Sequence record: SRR20825006_1115
Reading direction: 5' to 3' (one strand)
DNA: 43,096 bases
This document shows positions 35,733-43,096 of this stretch, piece by piece. Each line of letters starts with the position of its first letter. Within the stretch, counting starts at the first letter, position 1. The position numbers were made by a program, and so were the translations under genes. Below the pieces are notes generated by a model that was not told where the DNA came from, ran no database searches, and was given only the letters and a program-made list of their open reading frames with translations.

Positions 35733-37598
35733 CTAAACCCGAATGTCGAGGCCGGTTTCGGCATCCACATATGGTAGAATTTCATCCAGCGGGATCTCGT
35801 CGGCTGCGTCTTCTGCCGCCACGTCGAACTCTCTACCGCCACCTGCGCGCGCGGCCAGTTCATCTCGCATTTTTTCCTGTTGCACGGCTTCTGCAAACGC
35901 GCGACCAGCACTTTCGTGGTTGCCTTGGTCGAGGCTGAACTCAATGACCGGGTTTTCGCCCTTCTGGCCACTGGCGTTCAGTGCGCGTTCAAGCCCGCGG
36001 CTATCTTTCTGCAGCAGTTCAAGCGTTTCTGGACGCTCTGCAATCACCTGGGCGTGCACACGGCCGCCGTCCATGAAACGCATTTTTACCTGCACACGCC
36101 CGAGCTCTGCCGGGTCAAGCCGCAGGGTAAATTCCTGCTCGCCAGCTTTCACGGCGCGAGAGACGCTCATGTTCAATTGTTTTGCTACATGGCCCTGCAG
36201 GCCACGAGACGGATTTCCGCCCAAAAGGCTCATGCTGGACATGAAACCGCTATCGCTTTTCATGCCGGAAAGACCGGTAGCGACCATCGCTGCGGCGCCG
36301 CCATCGGGCATGCCTGCAAGGCGCTCCGGCGTGAGGGCAGGTGTGGTGCCCATGCCAAGGTCACGCGCTGCACTCATTTGCGGCAGCACTTCAGGGCGCG
36401 GGGCGACAGGTTCAACCGCTTTAGCAGTCAACGCATCCGGCACGGCTGTTTGGCCAGCCACCTGCGGGGTAGCTTGGCTTGGTGCGCCGGTGGCGCTGGA
36501 GACCGTGGGTTTTTCGTTCACAGCGCCCATGAATGATTTTTTGCCGCCATTAAGTGCCGTGTTTTGCTGTGCGGCTACTGCGGCAGCTTGCTGCTGTGCT
36601 TGCTGTGCGGCAACCATATGGCCGTTCGGGTTATTCTGTGCTTCGTCAGACGGCTTTTTGTTTGACGTCTCAACCAGGTTTTTATCGTCTTCCGGAGCTC
36701 TCGCAATTGCATCAACTGCTGTTTCGCGAGTGATGGCCGGCTCATCGCCAACGGAAGTATCGGTAGTTACTGCCGCATTTGCTGTAGTATCAACCGTGGG
36801 GTTTGTAAGTGGGTCGCCAGATAGCACGGTGCTTGGGGCAGCGCTGGCCGCTTGGGGCTGCGCCTGTGTATCTGTTGTTGCCTCAGGGTTGGTCGGTGCG
36901 CTTGGCGCTTCTACGGCTTGTGGTGCCTTAGCGGTATTGGCCGCCGCTGCAGCTTGTGCTGCAACCTGCACCTCTGGTGCTGCGGCATCGGCGGCACCAT
37001 TGATCAGGGCAACCAGCTCCGCAACAGGGAGCACGTGGGTTTCACCGTTTGGCGCTGTTAACGTGAGCGGTGGCACAGTGCCATTCGCCGCGCCAGCCTG
37101 CAGGCTGTTTAATAGTTCGGCGCGCGCACCTTCCGGCAGGCTCGCAAAATCGAGCGCAGGTGCGGCTTGACCACCAGCGGTCACCGTCGCTGCCGCAGGG
37201 TTGACAACAGAGGACGCAAGTACCTTGGTGTCAGCCGGTGGCAGTGTGCTGCCTTCAGTCGCGACAACATTCTCAGGGCCATATTTGTTGATAATGTCCT
37301 GGAAGGTCGCCGGGACCTGATCTGCGGGCAGTGCGATACCGAGGGAAGCCAGAACTTCGGCCTGCTCATTAGAGAGCTGGCCAACGCCTTGGAGGCCTTC
37401 AATCTGCGAGCCGTCTGCCATGACACCGGCAACCTTGCCAGTGCCGGATACAGCCTGAGCCGATTGCAGAAGATTGGCAAACTCCGCCGCCGCTGCTGCA
37501 TCGGTACTGCCTTCGGCTCTTTGCGGGCCAAAAAGGGCAGCAATCGCCTGCAGGGGCGATGCGTTTTGTGTCTGCGTCAACTGTTCAATCGGGTTCAT
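35733..37598 (-). CDS. fliK: Hook-length control protein FliK
   Basis: Long Ala/Pro/Thr/Gln-rich region followed by LRLDPAELGRV.V...AERPETLELLQKD...LERAL, ending GLDIRV; upstream of flgD. Confidence 0.9.
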   Translation of the reverse strand: MNPIEQLTQTQNASPLQAIAALFGPQRAEGSTDAAAAAEFANLLQSAQAVSGTGKVAGVMADGSQIEGLQGVGQLSNEQAEVLASLGIALPADQVPATFQDIINKYGPENVVATEGSTLPPADTKVLASSVVNPAAATVTAGGQAAPALDFASLPEGARAELLNSLQAGAANGTVPPLTLTAPNGETHVLPVAELVALINGAADAAAPEVQVAAQAAAAANTAKAPQAVEAPSAPTNPEATTDTQAQPQAASAAPSTVLSGDPLTNPTVDTTANAAVTTDTSVGDEPAITRETAVDAIARAPEDDKNLVETSNKKPSDEAQNNPNGHMVAAQQAQQQAAAVAAQQNTALNGGKKSFMGAVNEKPTVSSATGAPSQATPQVAGQTAVPDALTAKAVEPVAPRPEVLPQMSAARDLGMGTTPALTPERLAGMPDGGAAAMVATGLSGMKSDSGFMSSMSLLGGNPSRGLQGHVAKQLNMSVSRAVKAGEQEFTLRLDPAELGRVQVKMRFMDGGRVHAQVIAERPETLELLQKDSRGLERALNASGQKGENPVIEFSLDQGNHESAGRAFAEAVQQEKMRDELAARAGGGREFDVAAEDAADEIPLDEILPYVDAETGLDIRV

Positions 37599-37657
37599 AT
37601 ATCTTTACCAAATTGGGCTCCCGATGTGCCGGGAGGGGTTTTTGTCACCCTCAATAA

Positions 37658-37674
37658 AGCAAAGGCCGGGCCAA
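37658..37674 (-). promoter_or_regulatory. Sigma54 (-24/-12) promoter of the fliK-flgD-flgE operon
   Basis: Minus strand TTGGCCCGGCCTTTGCT (GG-N10-GC), 60 nt upstream of the fliK ATG. Confidence 0.8.
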
Positions 37675-37759
37675 TTTTGTGGTAAGCTTGGAATCTGCCT
37701 GATTCCCGCGACTTAGCGATAACCGCCCGATCGTACGGGCCCTATGACGGATGTTATTG

Positions 37760-37776
37760 CCGGGCAAAAATGGCAG
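37760..37776. promoter_or_regulatory. ftr-like FlbD enhancer upstream of the fliK sigma54 promoter
   Basis: CCGGGCAAAAATGGCAG (GGC-N7-GCA), about 90-100 bp upstream of the -24/-12 element. Confidence 0.5.
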
Positions 37777-37902
37777 ATAGGGAAAATCGAGCCGAAGGAT
37801 GGGCATATAAAAAAGCGGGGGAAACGCTTGCTCTCAGCCACCGGAAAGCTTATATGCACGGCAGATTTGGAAACAGGACCAAACTTGTAGGAAATATCAG
37901 CC

Positions 37903-39066
37903 ATGACAAGCGGCACACCATATTCAGGGGGAATAAACAGTCTGGGCTTTGACCGGGCACCCGCTGACACGCGTGTTGTTGTCGCCATGTCTGGCGGTGT
38001 GGATAGTTCTGTGACGGCTGCCCTTCTCAAAGAAGAAGGCTATGACGTTGTTGGTATCACGCTGCAGCTTTATGACCACGGTGTTGCTGTCCAGAAAAAA
38101 GGCAGCTGCTGTGCCGGGCAGGATATTCATGATGCGCGCCGCGTGTCTGACGAGCTTGGCATCCCGCATTATGTGCTGGACTATGAAAGCCGGTTCAAAA
38201 ACCAGGTGATGGAAGAGTTTGCCGACAGCTACATCAAGGGGGAAACACCAATCCCCTGTGTGCGCTGCAACCAGACCGTGAAGTTCAAGGACCTCCTGGA
38301 TACTGCGCGCGACCTTGGTGCCGACTGTATGGCCACCGGGCATTATGTGCAGCGGCGCGTGGGCGCGGATGGCAAGGCGCATCTGGTGCGCGGGGTCGAC
38401 GGCGGCAAAGACCAAAGCTATTTCCTGTTTGCTACCACGCAAGCACAGATGGATTTCCTGCGTTTCCCGCTGGGGCATATGGATAAAGCACAAACACGCG
38501 GGCAGGCCGAGCGCTTTGGCCTCACGGTCGCCGACAAGCCCGATAGCCAGGATATCTGCTTTGTGCCGGAAGGCCGCTATGTGGACGTGATTGAACGCCT
38601 GCGCCCCGGTGCGCTTGAGCCCGGCGATATCGTTGATGTGGATGGCAATGTGCTTGGCCAACACGAAGGCATTGTGAAATATACCATCGGCCAGCGGCGC
38701 GGCATTGGCATCGGCGGCACAGACGAGCCGCTTTATGTGGTGAAGTTGAACCCGGCCAAAAAACAAGTGATTGTGGGCCCCAAAGAAGCACTTCTCACCA
38801 CAGCTATCGGTGTGAAGGACGTGAACTGGATTGGTGAGCCTGTGCCACATGAAGGCCTGATGGTGATCGCAAAAATCCGGTCCACCCGTCCGGGGGTTCC
38901 CGCGCGACTGTTCATGGAAGGCACACGTGTTCGTCTTGTGCTCGAAGAAGCTGAAGCCGGTGTTTCACCGGGGCAGGCTGCGGTGTTTTATGATGGTGAC
39001 CGTGTGCTTGGTGGCGGCTGGATCGACCGCGCCGAGAGCGCAGACCCACGCCTCGCTGCAGCATAA
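37903..39066 (+). CDS. mnmA: tRNA-specific 2-thiouridylase MnmA
   Basis: [60 protein letters not shown]. Confidence 0.98.
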   Translation: MTSGTPYSGGINSLGFDRAPADTRVVVAMSGGVDSSVTAALLKEEGYDVVGITLQLYDHGVAVQKKGSCCAGQDIHDARRVSDELGIPHYVLDYESRFKNQVMEEFADSYIKGETPIPCVRCNQTVKFKDLLDTARDLGADCMATGHYVQRRVGADGKAHLVRGVDGGKDQSYFLFATTQAQMDFLRFPLGHMDKAQTRGQAERFGLTVADKPDSQDICFVPEGRYVDVIERLRPGALEPGDIVDVDGNVLGQHEGIVKYTIGQRRGIGIGGTDEPLYVVKLNPAKKQVIVGPKEALLTTAIGVKDVNWIGEPVPHEGLMVIAKIRSTRPGVPARLFMEGTRVRLVLEEAEAGVSPGQAAVFYDGDRVLGGGWIDRAESADPRLAAA

Positions 39067-39097
39067 ATCAGATACGCCCATTCAGCCTATAAGCTTG

Positions 39098-39130
39098 AAC
39101 GAAGACAGGCGCCCCAACCGGGAGCGCCTG
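39098..39130 (-). terminator. Hairpin/terminator between convergent mnmA and the DUF1328 gene
   Basis: Minus strand CAGGCGCTCC-CGGTT-GGGGCGCCTG followed by TCTTCGTT. Confidence 0.55.
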
Positions 39131-39161
39131 CACATCATGCCTTTTGTTCCCGTCCATCTTA

Positions 39162-39344
39162 TCAGAGTGGGGGAGGGTTACGTCGGCCACTGACGATATT
39201 CGCCACCAGCGTAACGATAAACAGGATAATGAAGGCAAAAAACAGCCATTTTGCTGCCCATGCGAGTGTACCTGCAAGGCCACCAAAGCCGAGGGCTGCC
39301 GCCACAACCGCCAGAATGAAAAACGTTAATGCCCATCCAAGCAT
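39162..39344 (-). CDS. DUF1328 (YtjA-like) small membrane protein
   Basis: MLGWALTFFILAVVAA.LGFGG.AG.....AK.LF; AGAGGAGA RBS. Confidence 0.9.
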   Translation of the reverse strand: MLGWALTFFILAVVAAALGFGGLAGTLAWAAKWLFFAFIILFIVTLVANIVSGRRNPPPL

Positions 39345-39544
39345 GTCTATTCTCCTCTTGTTGCTGTGACCACTCTAGGTGGGACGGCATCAATTCTCAG
39401 TACTAAGCGGCTGCCACAAGTATAAAGATAGGCTCAGGATACTGGCGAACGAGCCATTTCATTGAGTGTGCTTCAATTTCAGGTGGTGCCGTGGTACGCT
39501 GGCTCAGGGTCGACGAAGTTGGGGGTCGGTGGAGTGGAGGCTGA

Positions 39545-40324
39545 ATGGCTGACGTATCCCCGATGGGCGGCAAAGCCGCCAGTCTCACCATTATGGTTGC
39601 TGTCATCGGTCTATATGTCCTGATGGCTGGTTCTTCTCAGGCATCCGACATCACCATCTATACAGAAGATTACCCGCCCTACAGCTTTATGGCAGACGAC
39701 GGCATGGTTGAAGGCCGCGCGACAGTTAGGGTGCGGCGCATCATGGCGGAGGCGGGGCTTTCCTACGAAATTCGTGTTTTGCCATGGCCACGAGCTGAGT
39801 TTCGGGCGCGTAAGGAAAAACAAGCTTTCATCTATAGTCTTGCGAGGTCGTCAGAGCGTTCAGCGCACTATGACTGGATCGCCCCGATCGCGAAGCCAGA
39901 CATGTATCTGTTCGCACGGACTGACGATAAGCGTACTGTATCACTTGAGACCCTAAGACGCGGGGAATTTGTGGCTGTGTGCACAGAGAAGGATGCTTCT
40001 TGCGGCATTATAAGGCGCGCAGGCATTCCGGAAGAACGCCTGCTCATTGGCGCATCCGCTGGTTCATCGGAGGCCATGATGATCCTTTACGGTCGCGCAG
40101 ACCTTTTTCTGGGTGACAAGCGCCTTCACCCGGTTCGAGTGGCAAGCGATGAGATCCCGCCCGGTAGCATACGGCCCGCGCTGAAGCTGGATGAAGACAT
40201 CAGCTTTTACCTGGCTGCGGGCTTTCAGGTAGATGAGAGTTTTCGAACCCGTGCCCGCGAGGCATACGCCAGGCTCGCGGCGCGTGGTGAGATTGATGTT
40301 TATGAGGGCAATACGCGCCCCTAG
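39545..40324 (+). CDS. Periplasmic substrate-binding protein (family 3-like); start uncertain
   Basis: Signal-like hydrophobic stretch, TEDYPPYSF, LPWPRA, R..ER...Y.W..P, GRADL. Confidence 0.78.
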   Translation: MADVSPMGGKAASLTIMVAVIGLYVLMAGSSQASDITIYTEDYPPYSFMADDGMVEGRATVRVRRIMAEAGLSYEIRVLPWPRAEFRARKEKQAFIYSLARSSERSAHYDWIAPIAKPDMYLFARTDDKRTVSLETLRRGEFVAVCTEKDASCGIIRRAGIPEERLLIGASAGSSEAMMILYGRADLFLGDKRLHPVRVASDEIPPGSIRPALKLDEDISFYLAAGFQVDESFRTRAREAYARLAARGEIDVYEGNTRP

Positions 40325-40332
40325 TGCCAGCC

Positions 40333-41535
40333 TTATTCCGCCGCCTGCAACTCAGCAGGCTCCCGGTGGAAGCGTTTCATGAATTTCTCACGCTTTGACG
40401 GTTTCATATAGGCTTTTGTCATGTCATAGCCGTGCTGTTCTGCCACGCGTTTGTCCATGATGGCAAACCAGATTGGTGGGTTCCATGCTGCCATAAACAT
40501 GGTGAAATAGCCTGCAGGTAGCTGCGGTGAGGTATCAAAATGGCGAAGGCACTGGTAGGGCCGCTCTGCGTGAGCGTGATGGTCTGAATGGCGCTGCAAA
40601 TGATAGAGCATCACGTTCGAGACGATATGATTGGCATTCCAGCTATGGTGCGGCTGCACCCGTTCATACCGGCCATCTTCGCGCTTACCGCGCATCAACC
40701 CGTAGTGCTCAACATAGTTGGCGCTTGAAAGCATCAGGTTTGACAGCAGCGCGCCGCCCAGCAGGTAAGGCAGCACGACCCACCCGAAGATGGCGACAAA
40801 GGCACCATACATGGCCACGGTAATAAGCGTGTTGGTGAACACTTCATTCTCGAACGAGTAGGGCGACTTGCCCTTGCGCTGCATGCGTGCACTTTCAATA
40901 TTCCACGCCCGTTTCACACCGCCGGGCAGCTCGTGGGTGACAAACTCGTAAAAACTTTCCCCCATCATGGCGGTGGCGCTGTCTTCCGGTGTAGCTACCT
41001 GCACGTGGTGGCCCTGGTTATGCTCCACGCGGAAATGACCCATGCCGCACAGGCACAGAAGGAAACGCGCAACATTGATGGAGGTTTTGTCTCGCCTGTG
41101 GCCAACCTCGTGCGCCGTATTCAAGGCACCCGCACCCATAAGGCCGTTTGCAACGGTAACAGCCAGATAAGCGCTCCAGCTCAAATCCATCACAGCCACA
41201 TACCATGCGCCAGCGACCCAGACAGCATAGGCGGCGGGAAGGGCTGCAAAAGCAGACCAGCGGTAAAACGGGTCGTCCCGCAGGTAAGGGATAGCTTCCC
41301 GTGGCGGGTTTGATGTGTCTTCGCCAAAAAGCATCTCAATCACCGGGATCATTATGTAAAAGAAGATGGGGGAGAGCCATAGGGCAAGCTCGTTCCCGCT
41401 CTCGGCATACAGCCACCAGCTACAAATAGGGATAAAACTCAGGAGCACAGGAAAGGGCCACAGGTAACGCTTGCTGTCGCGCCAGTTTTCGCTCTGATGA
41501 TGATTGTTGTCTGTTGTTGATGCTTTGCTCACCAT
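40333..41535 (-). CDS. alkB: Alkane 1-monooxygenase AlkB (non-haem di-iron membrane hydroxylase)
   Basis: All His boxes present: HEVGH, EHNQGHH, NYVEHYG, LQRHSDHHA. Also KRYLW, GED..NPP and VATPEDSATA. ATG 41535 with a GGGGAAGG RBS. Confidence 0.95.
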   Translation of the reverse strand: MVSKASTTDNNHHQSENWRDSKRYLWPFPVLLSFIPICSWWLYAESGNELALWLSPIFFYIMIPVIEMLFGEDTSNPPREAIPYLRDDPFYRWSAFAALPAAYAVWVAGAWYVAVMDLSWSAYLAVTVANGLMGAGALNTAHEVGHRRDKTSINVARFLLCLCGMGHFRVEHNQGHHVQVATPEDSATAMMGESFYEFVTHELPGGVKRAWNIESARMQRKGKSPYSFENEVFTNTLITVAMYGAFVAIFGWVVLPYLLGGALLSNLMLSSANYVEHYGLMRGKREDGRYERVQPHHSWNANHIVSNVMLYHLQRHSDHHAHAERPYQCLRHFDTSPQLPAGYFTMFMAAWNPPIWFAIMDKRVAEQHGYDMTKAYMKPSKREKFMKRFHREPAELQAAE

Positions 41536-41582
41536 TTGCCTTCCCCGCATAGGTAACCTGAGATGTTGATGCCAAGGTGACA

Positions 41583-41606
41583 TTTATTGATAATATTGTC
41601 AATAAA
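41583..41606. promoter_or_regulatory. 24-bp operator palindrome between alkB and the TetR regulator
   Basis: TTTATTGATAATATTGTCAATAAA; 11 of 12 symmetric pairs match. Confidence 0.8.
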
Positions 41607-41677
41607 GTATCGCTTGAGAATGGATGCTTGATCCCGAAGGCATATGGGCAGTACAAAAATGGTTGGGATACATGGGG

Positions 41678-42280
41678 ATGAATTTGACCAAAAAAGTAAA
41701 ACGCACACGGCTCAACCCTGAGGAACGGCGGGAACAGTTGCTCGCGGCTGCAGTGGAACTGTTTGCCGAGCGCGGCATTGGCGAGGCAAAACACGCAGAC
41801 ATCGCCCGCCGCACAGGTGTTTCTGTCGCAACAACCTTTGTTTATTTCCCCACACGTGAGGCCCTGATCGATGCGGTGCTCGATGACGTGGCGGTCAAGA
41901 ACCTTGCCATTTTTGATGAAGTGGACCCGGCAGGCCTCACGGTGCCGGAACTGCTGACGGCTTTGGCAGAGCATGCCATCGCCCGCGCTGATGAGGACTG
42001 CGCCTATGTGCAGGTCTGGCTGAACTGGAGCACAAATTTCGCCCCCGCCATCCGGTCCAAGTTCCTTGAGTGCCAGAACATTGTGCTCGACAAGCTCACA
42101 GATATCCTCAACAGCGCGCGGGACCGCAGGAAACGCGATGACCGGGACGACGCCCGCATATTGCTCGCGGCGTCCCAGATGTTGACGGTGATGAAACTGG
42201 ACGGGGTGGACAAAGCGCGCCGTGACCGCTTTACCGAACACACCATCGATGTTGTCCTGGCCTACGCTGGCCGAAAATAA
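41678..42280 (+). CDS. TetR-family regulator of the Vibrio LuxR/HapR/SmcR type
   Basis: RTRL.PEERREQL...A.ELFA.RGIG...HADIA...GVSVAT.F.YFPTRE.L.D.VL, with C-domain DC...VW..WS. ATG 41678 preferred. Confidence 0.85.
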   Translation: MNLTKKVKRTRLNPEERREQLLAAAVELFAERGIGEAKHADIARRTGVSVATTFVYFPTREALIDAVLDDVAVKNLAIFDEVDPAGLTVPELLTALAEHAIARADEDCAYVQVWLNWSTNFAPAIRSKFLECQNIVLDKLTDILNSARDRRKRDDRDDARILLAASQMLTVMKLDGVDKARRDRFTEHTIDVVLAYAGRK

Positions 42281-42307
42281 CGCTGGCCCAGTTATTCCTA
42301 ATCCAGA

Positions 42308-42784
42308 TTATCCCTCAACAATGATGGTTGGCTCGTGCGCAACCTCACAGTTCAACGAATTGGCGATGAAACATTTTTCATTGGCCGGGTGGTGCAGTGC
42401 CGCCGCTTTATCCGGGTCACTGTCGGCTGTGATGGTGATGCGCGGGCGCAGGATGATTTTGGTAAACCGACCTGGGGCATTCTTCTCGCCCTCATCCATC
42501 ACACCTTCCGCGTCGTCAACATAGTCAAGCACCGTCACACCGCCAACCGCACAGAGATGTAGATACCAAAGCATGTGGCATGCGGACGCTGATGCCACCA
42601 GAATATCTTCCGGGTTATGGCGCGCGGGATCACCGCCAAAGCTGGGGTCAGACGAACCAAGGATCGGGACCTTGCCGTCCATCTCCATGGTGTAATCGCG
42701 GCCATAGGATTTATATGTTTTGGTGCCTTCCTCACCGGCGCCTGTCCAAACGATACGGCTGTTATAGTGATGCTCTTTTCCCAT
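42308..42784 (-). CDS. OsmC/Ohr family protein
   Basis: GSSDP.F.GD..R.NPE..LVA..SACHMLWYL (first Cys) and CFIANS (second Cys). Confidence 0.9.
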   Translation of the reverse strand: MGKEHHYNSRIVWTGAGEEGTKTYKSYGRDYTMEMDGKVPILGSSDPSFGGDPARHNPEDILVASASACHMLWYLHLCAVGGVTVLDYVDDAEGVMDEGEKNAPGRFTKIILRPRITITADSDPDKAAALHHPANEKCFIANSLNCEVAHEPTIIVEG

Positions 42785-42960
42785 GTGCCCGTGCTCCCTC
42801 GCGTGAGTGTTAAATTGCCTGCGGCATAATCTTGATCATGCGCTCCAGCATAATAGCGTAGCGCCGTTCACGGCAGGGCCAATTTTATACCATGGCACAG
42901 TGCCAACCGGTATTTTAAAGCCGCGTGCTGCCGGGATGACATTTTTAAAGCAAATTCGTC

Positions 42961-42995
42961 TTGACTGCACGCCGACCCTCTTTTATACCGGCGCA
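42961..42995 (+). promoter_or_regulatory. Sigma70-type stable-RNA promoter
   Basis: TTGACT (42961)-N17-TATACC (42984), followed by the GC-rich discriminator GGCGC, upstream of the tRNA. Confidence 0.65.
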
Positions 42996-43067
42996 GCTTT
43001 CAGCGGCTGTGTAGTCTGTTTTGAGTTGTTGTGTGTAGGCTGCAAACGCGTTGAGGCTTTTATATTT

Positions 43068-43096
43068 GGCCGAGTAGCTCAGCTGGTTAGAGCAGC
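43068..43096 (+). tRNA. 5' part of a tRNA, probably elongator tRNA-Met; cut off before the anticodon
   Basis: GGCCGAG-TA-GCTC-AGCTGGTTA-GAGC-A-GC gives the acceptor 5' strand and a complete D-arm. The isotype is a guess because the anticodon lies outside the window. Confidence 0.85.

Noticed and set aside
35743-37170. 475-aa plus-strand ORF antisense to fliK
   Set aside because: Shadow frame of an Ala/Pro/Thr-rich gene. It is Ala/Ser/Gly/Cys-rich with no recognisable motifs.
39345-39544. EcfG/SigT general-stress promoter expected upstream of the DUF1328 gene
   Set aside because: No GGAAC-N16/17-CGTT match was found on the minus strand.
4935-41535. BVMO and AlkB as one subterminal alkane oxidation pathway
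   Set aside because: They are about 34 kb apart with unrelated genes between them, and no clearly shared operator is visible.
1-43096. CRISPR arrays, IS/transposases, integrases, prophage or defence genes
   Set aside because: No repeat-spacer arrays or such protein motifs were seen. The terminal tRNA could be an integration site, but its 3' side is outside the window.

Overview
Alphaproteobacterial chromosomal window; the gene content suggests a marine hydrocarbon-degrading lineage such as Kordiimonas, but this is inference only. From left to right: the 3' part of ruvB and a ybgC-tolQRAB operon that ends without pal, with a small immunity-like ORF where pal would be; a BVMO-type flavin monooxygenase, nnrU and cysQ; a cell-cycle/motility supercluster (chpT, cheA-cheW-cheY-cheB-cheR, ctrA, fliI-fliJ, an inserted aminotransferase/EamA pair, a 765-aa uncharacterised protein, flhG-flhF-flhA-flbD-motA-fliN-fliH-fliG-fliF, sciP, flgE-flgD-fliK); mnmA, DUF1328, an orphan substrate-binding protein, alkB divergent from a TetR-family regulator, an OsmC-family gene, and the 5' end of a tRNA. 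Two observations stand out. (1) The hybrid CheA carries a truncated-haemoglobin-like (2/2 globin) domain in the position of P2, and this domain appears to have lost its haem ligands. (2) The TetR regulator beside alkB closely resembles the Vibrio quorum-sensing master regulators LuxR/HapR/SmcR, and a near-perfect LuxR/SmcR-type palindrome lies in the shared promoter region. CtrA boxes, a sigma54 promoter, FlbD ftr-like sites and a natural Asp-to-Glu change in the FlbD receiver are also readable. All homology calls come from motif recognition and remembered reference sequences; no searches were run.
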